Shown: positions 37,097 through 46,945, numbered from the stretch's first letter. The stretch is 64,000 nucleotides of DNA from Armatimonadota bacterium (GCA_963677485.1 OY781964.1:4864001-4928000); one strand, 5' to 3'. Notes: a model not told the origin generated them from the sequence alone. Program-made: numbers and translations.

Positions 37097-38695
37097 ATGC
37101 CCGTATTATCTATCGACGGCCGTACGGTTCATGTTGCGCCGGGATCTACGATCCTCGACGCCGCGACCGCCGCTGGCATCAAGATTCCAACGATGTGCTT
37201 CCTGAAGGATCTTCCCGCCCAGACATCTTGTCTCGTCTGCGTGGTCAGAGTCAATGGCTCACCGCGGCTGGTGCCTTCCTGTGCCACCCTCGCAACGGAT
37301 GGCATGGTGGTGGACAGCAGCAGCGAGGATGTCGTCACAGCGCGCAGAACGGCCTTGGAGTTGCTGCTTGGCAACCACCTGGGCGACTGTGTCGGCCCGT
37401 GTCAAACAGCCTGCCCTGCCCATATGGATATACCCTCTATGATCGCCCAAATCGCTGCGGGCGACTACAGGCGGGCGATCATCACGATCAAGCAGCATAT
37501 TGCACTGCCTGCCGTTTTGGGCAGGATTTGCCCTGAGCTGTGCGAGCGGAGCTGTCACCGTGCGACACATGATTCGCCATTGTCGATCTGCCGGCTCAAG
37601 CGGTTTGCCGCGGATGTTGATCTGGCATCACCCCAGCCTTATCTACCGGATTGTGTTCCACCCTCTGGTAAACGGGTGGCGATCATCGGTGCCGGCCCGA
37701 CAGGGCTTGCTGCGGCTTATTATCTGCTGCAGATGGGACATCAATGCGTCATCTTCGATGAACACGAACAGCCTGGGGGGATGCTTCGGTACGGTGTCAC
37801 TCCAGACCGGTTGCCCCACAATATACTTGATGCCGAAATTGGGCTGATCCTTCAGCTTGGAGCCGAACTACATACCAACTACTGCTGCGATGATGCTCAG
37901 TGCCTGGATGAGCTCAGCTCTCAACACGATGCTGTTCTGCTGGCCTGCGGCAAGCTGGACGGAGAGAAAATGGCCCGTCTGGGACTGAAGGCCACCGCGA
38001 ACGGTATTCAGGTAGACCGACTGACGATGATGAGCTCAAAACCTGGGGTGTTTGCCGCGGGCTCGGTAGTCACGCCCTCGCAGTACGCGGTGCGAGCGGT
38101 GGCGAAAGGCCGATCTGCAGCTATTGCCATTGACCATTATCTGAACGGATATGCCTCGGATGCTGACCATGCGCCGTTCTCAGTTCATATGGGACACCTG
38201 CAGGAAAGCGAAATTGCCATCATGATGGAGGGTACCAGCGTATCCAGTCGCGTAGCTCCGCAGGGTGATGGTTTCACCGAGAACGAGGCCGTGACCGAGG
38301 CTAGTCGGTGTATGCGCTGCGAATGCGGAAAGCTGCATGGATGCAAGCTCCGCGACTACAGCATTGAACTGAAGGCCTCCCCCACGCGGTTCAAAGGCGC
38401 TCGCGAGCTGCTGCGCCGTTTTCAGAACCATCCCTTCGTTATTTACGAGTCTGGTAAATGCATCACGTGTGGATTGTGTATCGAGCTCTGCCAGAAATCC
38501 GCTGAGCCCATAGGATTGGCCTTCATGGGACGTGGTTTCGATGTCAAGCCTGGTATCCCATTCAATGAGCCATTCGCTCAAGCATTGGAAGCGGTCGCAG
38601 TTGAGTGTGTGAACGCCTGCCCCACCGGTGCGCTGGTGATGAAGAAGACAAAGAGCCAATCGGCCCCTGAGGAGATACAGCATGAGCCAATCTGA
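37097..38695 (+). CDS. [2Fe-2S]/GltD-like FAD/Fe-S oxidoreductase (StnC/NfnABC large-subunit-like) lacking the NADP(H) domain
   Basis: IPTMC...SCLVC...SC; PCQTACP, GRICP.LCE.SC; GAGPTG; GGMLRYG; GVFAAGS; RCMRCEC; CITCGLCIELC...CPTGAL. Confidence 0.8.
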   Translation: MPVLSIDGRTVHVAPGSTILDAATAAGIKIPTMCFLKDLPAQTSCLVCVVRVNGSPRLVPSCATLATDGMVVDSSSEDVVTARRTALELLLGNHLGDCVGPCQTACPAHMDIPSMIAQIAAGDYRRAIITIKQHIALPAVLGRICPELCERSCHRATHDSPLSICRLKRFAADVDLASPQPYLPDCVPPSGKRVAIIGAGPTGLAAAYYLLQMGHQCVIFDEHEQPGGMLRYGVTPDRLPHNILDAEIGLILQLGAELHTNYCCDDAQCLDELSSQHDAVLLACGKLDGEKMARLGLKATANGIQVDRLTMMSSKPGVFAAGSVVTPSQYAVRAVAKGRSAAIAIDHYLNGYASDADHAPFSVHMGHLQESEIAIMMEGTSVSSRVAPQGDGFTENEAVTEASRCMRCECGKLHGCKLRDYSIELKASPTRFKGARELLRRFQNHPFVIYESGKCITCGLCIELCQKSAEPIGLAFMGRGFDVKPGIPFNEPFAQALEAVAVECVNACPTGALVMKKTKSQSAPEEIQHEPI

Positions 38696-39395
38696 AGGAC
38701 GGCTGATACTGTCCAATATCACGAAGAACTACACGTCGGAGCAGGGCACTACGCCGATTTTGAAGGATATCTTCGTCAATGTAGAGCCTGGAGAGACTCT
38801 GGCTATCATAGGGCCTTCAGGCTCGGGCAAAAGCACGCTGTTGAACATCATTGGTTCCCTGGATAAGCCGACATCTGGAACTGTCATGATAGATACGACC
38901 GATGTCACAGCTCTGGAAGGCGATGCATTGGCGTCTTTTCGAGCCAAACAGGTTGGTTTTGTGTTCCAGGAGCACCATCTGCTGCCGCAATTGACCGCCG
39001 TTGAAAATGTGATGCTGCCCTCCATACCGGCTGGGTGTGATACCACGGCCTTGAAAGTCGCCCAGTCGCTACTGGAGCGGGTCGGTGTATCGCACCGGGC
39101 GGAGGCCTTCCCTGCCCAGATGTCAGGCGGCGAACGCCAGCGGACCGTGGTCGCACGCGCCTTGGTGAACGGAGCACGGCTGCTGCTCTGCGATGAACCG
39201 ACCGGCAGTCTGGACCGTGATTCCGGTGCGAACATCATCGCATTGCTGCTGGAATTGGCGGAGACACAAAGCGTGACGGTCATCATTGTCACGCATAACC
39301 TCGAACACGCACAGAGGTTCCACAGGTGTATGAAACTGGTGGACGGCCAACTGGTAGACTACGACCCGCACACGGGCCACGGAGCGGTTCTGTGA
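38682..39395 (+). CDS. ABC exporter ATP-binding protein (LolD/MacB-like)
   Basis: GPSGSGKST, GFVFQ.HHLLP, MSGGERQR, CDEPTGSLD, VTH. Confidence 0.92.
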   Translation: MSQSEGRLILSNITKNYTSEQGTTPILKDIFVNVEPGETLAIIGPSGSGKSTLLNIIGSLDKPTSGTVMIDTTDVTALEGDALASFRAKQVGFVFQEHHLLPQLTAVENVMLPSIPAGCDTTALKVAQSLLERVGVSHRAEAFPAQMSGGERQRTVVARALVNGARLLLCDEPTGSLDRDSGANIIALLLELAETQSVTVIIVTHNLEHAQRFHRCMKLVDGQLVDYDPHTGHGAVL

Positions 39396-42300
39396 CACTG
39401 CGACAGCTCATACTTCGCAGCCTTCGCTATTACCTGCGCACCAACGCGGTGGTTGTTTTCGGGCTGGCGATCACCTCTGCTGTGATCATCGGTTCGCTCA
39501 TGATCGGTGATTCCATCAAAGGTAGCCTGCTGAATACCGCCACATCGAGGCTGGGCAGCATCGACTATGCCCTCAGTTCCCAGAGGTTATTTCGTTCTGA
39601 TTTGTCTAAGGATTTGCCCCAAAGCTCCACACTTAAGGGTAGAGTTAAACACATCTCCTCCGCCCTCTTAATCAAGGCCACCGTCGAGAACACAGACACC
39701 GAGCTGGCCTTACCAAATGTCAGCGTCGTGGGCATCGATGAGTCATTCACCAAGCTCTTCCCCAACCAGGCAGTACCGACACCGACGGGCCGTCAAGCGG
39801 TCATCAACACGGCACTGGCTGATGAACTGGGGGTCAAGGCCGGTGATAGCATCATCCTCAACCTGGACAAGCAAAGTGCGATACCTTCAGGGACCCTCTT
39901 TTCGCACCAGTTGCCTGATGACACGCAGGCCACGCTACGGCTGGAGGTATCGGCTGTGGTCGGTGATCAGGGCTTTGGTGGGTTCCGGCTTGATAATTCC
40001 GTGGAGGTTCCCCGTAATATCTTCGTATCGGCGGACTGGCTAGCATCGGAGATCGGAAAGCAGGGCATGGCGAACACTCTACTGGTTCAACAAGAGACGT
40101 CCAGTGAAGATATTGTCTCGATATTGCAAACCTCACTCCGATCTGCTTGTAGTATCGAAGATCACGGCCTCAAGATGGCCAACAACAAGCTACAATCCAC
40201 TCTCTCCCTCCAAAGTGATTCTCTGGTCTTCAGCGATCGTCAACTTGAGGCTGCACAAGCGGCCATCACCCAATGCCGATTCAGAGGGAACCTAACCTCC
40301 ATCTACCTCGCGACAGAAATCCGAAACATCAGCCGAAATGGCGCCTCGATATCCTACGCTATCGTCTCAGGATTAAAACCGAGTGTTCCGTTCAGTTTTG
40401 CCTCAGGCGGATCGGCGGAGCCCGAATCAGCCGGCATTTGGTTGAACTCCTGGGCCGCCCAGGACCTTAAGACGCGCGTTGGCGACATACTTGAGCTCAG
40501 CTATCTCGTACCCATGAAAGACGGCAGTTATCACAGCTTCAAACTTCAACGGACTCTCACGGGCATTGTGAACATCACCGGCCCTGCCGCTGATAAAGGG
40601 CTTGTGCCCGACTTTGAAGGCATGACCAACACCAAGAGCATAGAAGACTGGAAAACACCTTTCCCCGTCGATCTTCGCAGCGTCACGGAACGCGACGACT
40701 TGTATTGGGCGAAATACAGCACCACGCCAAAGGCTTATGTGAATCTGTCCACCACGAAGCTCATGTGGTCAGCCGCATCCACTGACAACGGATGGATCAC
40801 TTCGATACGCATCCCTTATCGTGCAGGGACAGATCCGACTGTTGTGAAGGCCATGCTGGAGCGTGCGATTTTAGCCAATCTGCTTCCTGAAGAATCGGGA
40901 CTCGTGTTTCGTCCTGTCCGCCGACTTGCTGTGGAATCAGCTCAGGGTAACACCGACTTCGGCCAACTATTCCTGGTGATGAGCTCTTTTATCATCATAG
41001 CTGGCGCGAGTCTGGCAGCCACCCTGCTTAAGCTCTCCAGTGAGCGTAGAGCCGCCGAAATCGGCACCATGCTGGTGTGCGGCTTCAGACCAGCGACCAC
41101 CATGCAGGTGTTGCTGGGTGAAGGCTCAATACTGGCCTTGGCAGGAGCGTTGCTGGGTCTGCCGTTGGGCATCCTGTATGCCTGGGGCGTGGTCTCCGCA
41201 TTGAAACTATGGTGGACGACAGCCGTAGGCACTTCCTTCTTGTCGATCAGCATTAACCCGGTAAGCCTGTTGGTCGGCATCGTCTCAGCTTTAGGCGTAG
41301 GCCTATTGGCGGTCTGGTTGGCGGTTCGACGCCTCAGAGATATGCAAGTCCTACAGTTAATCTCTGGGTGGCAAAGCCTCGGTACCCATCAAAACCACAG
41401 CTCGCAGAGACGCAGCCTGATAGCTCTGGCGGTCTGCGTCATCTTAACTCTAGTGCTACTGGCGGTCTCCATGTCAGTAGCGGTGAAGTCAGCCGAAGCG
41501 CTGCTGTTTTGCACGGGTGCCGTGATGCTAATCGGGTCGATTGCCGGTGTGAATGTGGTTCTGATCCGGCTGATGCATCGGAGGTTCTCCATTCCCTCGA
41601 TAGGCAAACTGGCATTACGAAGCATGTCTGCCAATCGCGGCCGCAGTTTGTTGATAGTAGGGTTGATGGCTGCCGCGGCCTTTACGATCATCACTGTCGC
41701 TGCCAGCACACGCGACTTTTCCCGCATGGATTATGCGGATCGCAACTCCGGAACGGGTGGATTTGCACTCAAAGCGGTCGCGACACAGCCGATCGCATAT
41801 GACCTGAATAGCCCGAAGACGCGGGCCGATCTGGGGTTTACTCCAGAAGATGAACGCAGCTTGAAAGGGGTTCAGTTTGTCTCATTTCTGGCAAATCAAG
41901 GTGATGACATTAGCTGCTTGAATCCAGCCAAGGTGGCTCAGCCCAGAGTGCTGGGTGTGAGTCCACAGATGATCTCCCGTGGCGGATTTGGAGCTAAGGC
42001 AGATGGCGGAAACAGTCCCTGGCGATCGCTGAATTCCACGAATTTGGACTTCGAGTGGATCCCTGTGATCGGTGATGCCGATACGGTGATATGGAACATT
42101 CATTCCGGACTTGACCAAACCACGAGCCTGCAGGGCAGTGGCGGCGATACGCATAAAGCCCGGTTTACGGCCTTGCTGCCCAGAAGCATATTCGCCAGCG
42201 AACTGCTCATATCTGAGCACTGGTTCAGGAAACTATTTCCGGAGGTACACGATCCACGATATTTCCTGGTGGATGTGCCTTCCGCGAACGTGAAGGCAGT

Positions 42301-42772
42301 GACTGAGGTTCTACGCCGCAACCTGGGAAGGCTGGGGTTTGACATCAAAAGCACTCAACAAGTGCTGAACAGCTATATGGGTGTGCAAAACACCTACCTG
42401 TCGATGTTTCTGGCATTAGGCGGCCTCGGAATGGTGCTGGGCACTGTCGGCCTGGTGATCGTGTTGCTCAGGAGTGCTTTGGAACGCCAAAAGGAGTTCG
42501 CTTTGATGCTGACTCAGGGCTTCAAGCGGTCAGATATAGTGAGGTTGCTTCTGATCGAAAACATATGGCTGCTGCTGACAGGCTTGGTCATAGGCACTTT
42601 ATCGGCTCTGGTGTCGGTTATACCGGCACTGACCGGCATCGAATCGGTGGTCAACTGGCCGGCGATCGGTGTGATCTTTACCTGTATTCTGACCACCGGT
42701 GTGGTCTGCTGTGTTCTGGCAGCCAGACAGGCCGTCGGCGGAATTCTCATTGAAGTGCTTCACGGAGAGTAA
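39392..42772 (+). CDS. Large duplicated FtsX/MacB-type ABC permease
   Basis: GTG start overlapping the ATPase stop; two large extracytoplasmic domains; ERRAAEIG and ERQKEFAL FtsX motifs. Confidence 0.85.
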   Translation: MTLRQLILRSLRYYLRTNAVVVFGLAITSAVIIGSLMIGDSIKGSLLNTATSRLGSIDYALSSQRLFRSDLSKDLPQSSTLKGRVKHISSALLIKATVENTDTELALPNVSVVGIDESFTKLFPNQAVPTPTGRQAVINTALADELGVKAGDSIILNLDKQSAIPSGTLFSHQLPDDTQATLRLEVSAVVGDQGFGGFRLDNSVEVPRNIFVSADWLASEIGKQGMANTLLVQQETSSEDIVSILQTSLRSACSIEDHGLKMANNKLQSTLSLQSDSLVFSDRQLEAAQAAITQCRFRGNLTSIYLATEIRNISRNGASISYAIVSGLKPSVPFSFASGGSAEPESAGIWLNSWAAQDLKTRVGDILELSYLVPMKDGSYHSFKLQRTLTGIVNITGPAADKGLVPDFEGMTNTKSIEDWKTPFPVDLRSVTERDDLYWAKYSTTPKAYVNLSTTKLMWSAASTDNGWITSIRIPYRAGTDPTVVKAMLERAILANLLPEESGLVFRPVRRLAVESAQGNTDFGQLFLVMSSFIIIAGASLAATLLKLSSERRAAEIGTMLVCGFRPATTMQVLLGEGSILALAGALLGLPLGILYAWGVVSALKLWWTTAVGTSFLSISINPVSLLVGIVSALGVGLLAVWLAVRRLRDMQVLQLISGWQSLGTHQNHSSQRRSLIALAVCVILTLVLLAVSMSVAVKSAEALLFCTGAVMLIGSIAGVNVVLIRLMHRRFSIPSIGKLALRSMSANRGRSLLIVGLMAAAAFTIITVAASTRDFSRMDYADRNSGTGGFALKAVATQPIAYDLNSPKTRADLGFTPEDERSLKGVQFVSFLANQGDDISCLNPAKVAQPRVLGVSPQMISRGGFGAKADGGNSPWRSLNSTNLDFEWIPVIGDADTVIWNIHSGLDQTTSLQGSGGDTHKARFTALLPRSIFASELLISEHWFRKLFPEVHDPRYFLVDVPSANVKAVTEVLRRNLGRLGFDIKSTQQVLNSYMGVQNTYLSMFLALGGLGMVLGTVGLVIVLLRSALERQKEFALMLTQGFKRSDIVRLLLIENIWLLLTGLVIGTLSALVSVIPALTGIESVVNWPAIGVIFTCILTTGVVCCVLAARQAVGGILIEVLHGE

Positions 42773-42774
42773 TT

Positions 42775-43881
42775 ATGAAAAATAAGACGATGTATGCTTT
42801 GGTCGCGGCCCTGTTCGCTTTGACAATCCCCGTGCTGGCACAGACATCCGATGACTGGGCGAGTTTCCGCGGCGGTGCAGCGATGACAGGCGTCGCGAAA
42901 TCATCTTTGCCCGCGAAGCCCCGGCGGCTTTGGACATATGAGGCGAAGGCCATCGTGGAATCAACGGCCGCCATCGTGGGTAACTCCACGTATGTAGGCA
43001 CACTGAAGGGAAAACTTCTGGCCATCAATATGACCACCGGCAAATTGCAGTGGAAGTTTACAGCGAAGGATTCCATCAGTGCCTCACCCTGTGTGGCAGG
43101 CAACTATGTGTATTTTGGGGATAAGAACGGCATCTTCTACGCTGTCAATCGATCCAGTGGAAAGATGGCCTGGAAGTATACCACCAAAGATAAGATCATC
43201 TCCTCCGCCATAGTTTCGAATGGGATGGTGCTGTTTGGATCGTATGACTACTACCTGTACTGCTTGAATGCGAAAACGGGAAAGCTGATTTGGAAATTTA
43301 AAGCAGGAGCACAGGTCCACTGCTCGCCATGTGTCGCTGATGGGTTGGTGATGATCGCCGGTTGCGATGGCGATATCCGAAGCATCGACATCAACACCGG
43401 CAAGGAAAAGTCCAAGGCGCATGTCGACACCAACTTCTCCGCTGCCACCGCTTTTCAGTCTGGCGTGGTATACACCGGCGCGATCATCGGTGAGTATTTG
43501 GCGGTGCGAGTCAGCGACGGCAAGATACTTTGGAGTCATAAAGAAAAAACTGGAGACGGTATCTACGCGAGTGCGGCAGTGTCTGCAGATGGAGTGGTCT
43601 TCGCCTCGCGCAGCAAACGCATCTTCCGAGTGGATCCGGCCACCGGAAAGACCATCTGGACATTCAACAGCCGGAGCGGAGTCGATTCCTCACCGGTGAT
43701 CGCAGGCAATACCGTCTATATCGGCTCAGATGGTGGTGAGTTAGTTGGGTTAAGTCTGGCCAGCGGCCAGAAAACATGGGGTTTCAAAGCTGGGGCTGAG
43801 ATTGTAGCCTCTCCGGCCATCTCGCGTGGGAAGATGGTGATTGGCACCGGCGATGGTGCCATCTACTGCTTTGGGAAGTAG
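42775..43881 (+). CDS. Secreted PQQ-like/BamB-like beta-propeller protein 5
   Basis: Signal peptide, DWASFRGG, regular blades (TGKLQWKF, SGKMAWKY, TGKLIWKF, TGKTIWTF). Confidence 0.85.
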   Translation: MKNKTMYALVAALFALTIPVLAQTSDDWASFRGGAAMTGVAKSSLPAKPRRLWTYEAKAIVESTAAIVGNSTYVGTLKGKLLAINMTTGKLQWKFTAKDSISASPCVAGNYVYFGDKNGIFYAVNRSSGKMAWKYTTKDKIISSAIVSNGMVLFGSYDYYLYCLNAKTGKLIWKFKAGAQVHCSPCVADGLVMIAGCDGDIRSIDINTGKEKSKAHVDTNFSAATAFQSGVVYTGAIIGEYLAVRVSDGKILWSHKEKTGDGIYASAAVSADGVVFASRSKRIFRVDPATGKTIWTFNSRSGVDSSPVIAGNTVYIGSDGGELVGLSLASGQKTWGFKAGAEIVASPAISRGKMVIGTGDGAIYCFGK

Positions 43882-43899
43882 CCCTTCATTGGTGCCGGT

Positions 43900-45063
43900 C
43901 TAGATATCCTCTACAATCACAAGTTTCCCGGCTTCCTGAAGTTTTCTGGCAAGCAGGGGCACGATGGCCTGCCTGGTCAGTATCCCCTTCTGGCGGAAGC
44001 TGATGTCGCGCGTGGCCGGGTTGATCGCCCCACCCATCATGATACGCACCCTGTCGGCGTTTTTTAACAACTCGTGCAGTTCGGTCACCGCACTGTCATC
44101 CTCCAGGGCACCCGGTTCTTCATCCAGCACATTGTAAATCTGGTTCAATGTAATGGCTCCTTCGGACACGAGATCAATGCCATCAATGTAGCACCTGGGA
44201 GGCGATAGCAAGCTTTTTGGCTTCTCCTCCATCTCGATAGGCACACCAAGGTTCTCCGCGGTGATCTGGGCAGTGATTCCGCCGCATACCACTTTGGTAC
44301 CCTGCAGCATCATGAACCTGTTCACCACTTCCATATCCTTCTCGGGGTCAGTCGGAGGCCCGGTGAAGATATTGACGGTGTTGCCAGGCCGGCATCCCGC
44401 CAGCAGTATGCTGCAGTCATCCCCCAGACTTGTGCCCCAGAGCTTCACTGTACGCGACATGACGTGTTCAGGAAGATCATGGAAAGCCACACCACTGCTC
44501 ATCTGGTCGCTAGAGAACTGGCTGACCCCCTCCACGCCCCACCCCATCACCATCCCCGGCTGACCGCTGTCAAGGCCGGCCATGGTGACGCCATCCGACA
44601 TCACCATGATGCCCTCTCCCTTGGTCAGATGGCAGGTCGCCTCACCGATGAGCGAATGACCCACACTGAACGTGCGCTGCTGCAGCACCTGGGCATAGCG
44701 TCGGGCGAGGAAAATCGGTGCGGGCATCTCGTATGAGAGCACGGTAGAGACGCCATCGTTCAAGATACGAACCACCGTAAACACCGCGTAAGGTAGTTCA
44801 GAGGTCTTCGCCTGCTCCATCGTATGGACTAAACTCGAAAAAGCCTGCCGTAGCGACGTGCCCTGGCGGATCAGTTCCATCAACCGCGCGGCGCACATTT
44901 CTGCTGCGATGTTTGCTTTGATGCCATGCCCCATGCCGTCGCTGATCACCAAATTGGTGGACGATTCAGTTCGTTCCCACATGATGACATCGCCGCACAC
45001 ATCACCTTCGTGCTTGGAGAGCTGCAGGGTGTCTATTTCGACGTGTAGGTATCCCTTAGCCAT
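43900..45063 (-). CDS. SpoIIE/PP2C-family phosphatase (HfsC-like)
   Basis: VCGD, SDGMGHG, MSDGV, GDDCS; C-terminal KVVCGG domain; directly after the sensory hydrogenase. Confidence 0.85.
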   Translation of the reverse strand: MAKGYLHVEIDTLQLSKHEGDVCGDVIMWERTESSTNLVISDGMGHGIKANIAAEMCAARLMELIRQGTSLRQAFSSLVHTMEQAKTSELPYAVFTVVRILNDGVSTVLSYEMPAPIFLARRYAQVLQQRTFSVGHSLIGEATCHLTKGEGIMVMSDGVTMAGLDSGQPGMVMGWGVEGVSQFSSDQMSSGVAFHDLPEHVMSRTVKLWGTSLGDDCSILLAGCRPGNTVNIFTGPPTDPEKDMEVVNRFMMLQGTKVVCGGITAQITAENLGVPIEMEEKPKSLLSPPRCYIDGIDLVSEGAITLNQIYNVLDEEPGALEDDSAVTELHELLKNADRVRIMMGGAINPATRDISFRQKGILTRQAIVPLLARKLQEAGKLVIVEDI

Positions 45064-46802
45064 TCGTTTACATCCCTGCCTTCACCCGGCTCATCGCCGG
45101 CCATTTGCATTAGCTTGCTCAACAGTGCTTCGCTCTGCCCTGTGCTCTGGCCCAGGAATTTCGCGATGGTCTGCGCCATCAGTATCTGGTGCTGCAGAAG
45201 CTCCTTGGTCTGAGTGATCGTCTGCTCTCGTAGTTTGTCCAGCTTCTCTTTGTTTGCCCGGTTATGAGTAATGTCCACAAAGATGCCCACAAACTGCTGC
45301 TCTTCCGGTAAAGCATACAGAATTTCATGACAGACCAGGTTATATTTTTCATGGTTGACCACCGAGGTCACCATATCCGTTTTACCTGTGGCCAGTTGCT
45401 CAAACGGATCGGGATCCATCAGGTAGGAGATATTATGCCCTATCACCGCCTCGGAACACATGAAGAACTTACGGAACGTGGGATTCATATGGATCATCTT
45501 CAGATGCTTGTCGAGGATGAGTATCCCGTTAGGGCTGGTCTCGATGATGCGGTCCGTGCGCTGTTCCGCCAGCCGTTTCATATAGGGGATGCACATCTCA
45601 AGCTCTGCCATGCCGCGAATCACGGCGATCGCCTTGTCGCGGCAGGAGGCGTATCCACACGCTCCGCAGTTCAACTGGTTCTCCGGTGATGTCTTCCCCT
45701 GCTTCTCCATCACCTCCCGAATCTGCTCTTCAGTGACGTCGCGCTGAGATATCTGCCGGTTCGTAAACTCAGTATGAACATAACCATAATCCGCCTCCGG
45801 GTCAGCAACAGCACCTGGGTGGCTATTGGCGTAGTCGATCACATCACGACGGCGCCGGTAGAGGCTGTCATCAGCATGCATCGCAGGGCCGTTGATGCAT
45901 CCCTGCGCACAGAACAGCGGCTCCACCACCTGCGGCGGGGAATCAGGGCCGCAGTTCGAGAGTGCTTCCTTCACCTCTTCATATCCGGATGCACTGACCA
46001 TATCCGCAGCGAGCAAATCAGTATTCAAACTGGCAGTGCGGATACTGCCCCCCACCAGCGGGAAGAAGCGGCTATCCCCTTCAGGCTGTTCACTGAACTG
46101 GCTTTCTTCACACATTGCCAGGTGGATGTTCTCGCGCTCCAGCCACTCCATCAGCTCCGGAAAGGTCAGCGCGCAGTCCACCCAGGGCTGGTTCTCTGGC
46201 CGGTCGGCCTCCGCCTTCTTGGCCACACACGGCCCAAAGAACACCACGCGGCTGTCTGTCCCCAGCTTCGCCTTAATGTTTTTAGCATGGGCGACCATCG
46301 GCGAAGTAAGGGGCAGCATCAGATCGATCTTCTCACGGTCATAGATTTCGATATAACTCACCACTGCGGGGCATGCGGTGCAGATATGCGAGCGTTCCGG
46401 GTCGGCATTACAGATTCGTGCCGTCTCACGCGCGGTGAAATACGCCCCAATCGCAGTCTCTCCGACGTAATTAAACCCAAGTTTCCGCAGTGCGCTGGGC
46501 AGTCGTTTCCGCTCCGATTCCGAAAAGAGGGCCACGAAGGAGGGTGCAATGCTGGCTGCGACCGTATCACCTGCGGCTATGAAGCCCACAGCGCGCTCTA
46601 CATCGTTTCGGTACTGCTTGGCGCCCTGTGGGCACTCGCGGATACAGGTACCGCACGAAATACAGCGTTCAGGAACCACATAGGCCTGACCGCCCTCCAT
46701 GCGTATCGCCTTAACCGGGCATACGCGCAAACAGCGGTAACAGTCACGGCAGTGCGCCTTGTTAGTGTAGACGACCTGTGTCGATTTCGAGTCGTTGCTC
46801 AT
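45033..46802 (-). CDS. hydS: Putative sensory [FeFe]-hydrogenase with PAS domain (group C, HydS/HfsB-like)
   Basis: 2x[4Fe-4S]; H-cluster variants TACP, GPCVAKK.E, E..FC..GCING; CGACGY..C FeS domain; C-terminal PAS (SPNGILILD). Confidence 0.85.
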   Translation of the reverse strand: MSNDSKSTQVVYTNKAHCRDCYRCLRVCPVKAIRMEGGQAYVVPERCISCGTCIRECPQGAKQYRNDVERAVGFIAAGDTVAASIAPSFVALFSESERKRLPSALRKLGFNYVGETAIGAYFTARETARICNADPERSHICTACPAVVSYIEIYDREKIDLMLPLTSPMVAHAKNIKAKLGTDSRVVFFGPCVAKKAEADRPENQPWVDCALTFPELMEWLERENIHLAMCEESQFSEQPEGDSRFFPLVGGSIRTASLNTDLLAADMVSASGYEEVKEALSNCGPDSPPQVVEPLFCAQGCINGPAMHADDSLYRRRRDVIDYANSHPGAVADPEADYGYVHTEFTNRQISQRDVTEEQIREVMEKQGKTSPENQLNCGACGYASCRDKAIAVIRGMAELEMCIPYMKRLAEQRTDRIIETSPNGILILDKHLKMIHMNPTFRKFFMCSEAVIGHNISYLMDPDPFEQLATGKTDMVTSVVNHEKYNLVCHEILYALPEEQQFVGIFVDITHNRANKEKLDKLREQTITQTKELLQHQILMAQTIAKFLGQSTGQSEALLSKLMQMAGDEPGEGRDVNEWLRDTYTSK

Positions 46803-46864
46803 TGCAGTATTCCTCATCTGGAAATCACCGACTAGCACCGTGTTGGCCGATCCGGTGGTAATAC

Positions 46865-46905
46865 CATGGGTCTGATGTCCCTAGTTTTAGAGTATCTGAC
46901 CCATG
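46865..46905. other. Intergenic stem-loop between hydA and hydS
   Basis: CATGGGTCTGAT ... ATCTGACCCATG, 12-bp stem with one mismatch. Confidence 0.5.
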
Positions 46906-46945
46906 ATATATGTGCCACACGGCTGGCGGATTCCTGAAGGTTAGC

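Noticed and set aside
34719-38695. Respiratory complex I (nuoEFG)
   Set aside because: No nuoA-D or nuoH-N; extra ferredoxin domains and a GltD-like partner point to a soluble Bfu/Stn-like module.
42775-43881. bamB or a true PQQ dehydrogenase
   Set aside because: No lipobox, no bam/der context, five paralogs in the locus and no pqq genes; only the fold is supported.
45774-46835. 353-aa plus-strand ORF and other long antisense ORFs (e.g. 28406-29218, 47252-47989, 48973-49728, 55983-56759)
   Set aside because: They lie antisense to well-supported genes and have no recognisable motifs; expected shadow ORFs in GC-rich coding DNA.
46884-46892. GTTTTAGAG, like the start of a type II-A CRISPR repeat
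   Set aside because: Single 9-mer in a hairpin loop; no repeat-spacer periodicity and no cas genes.
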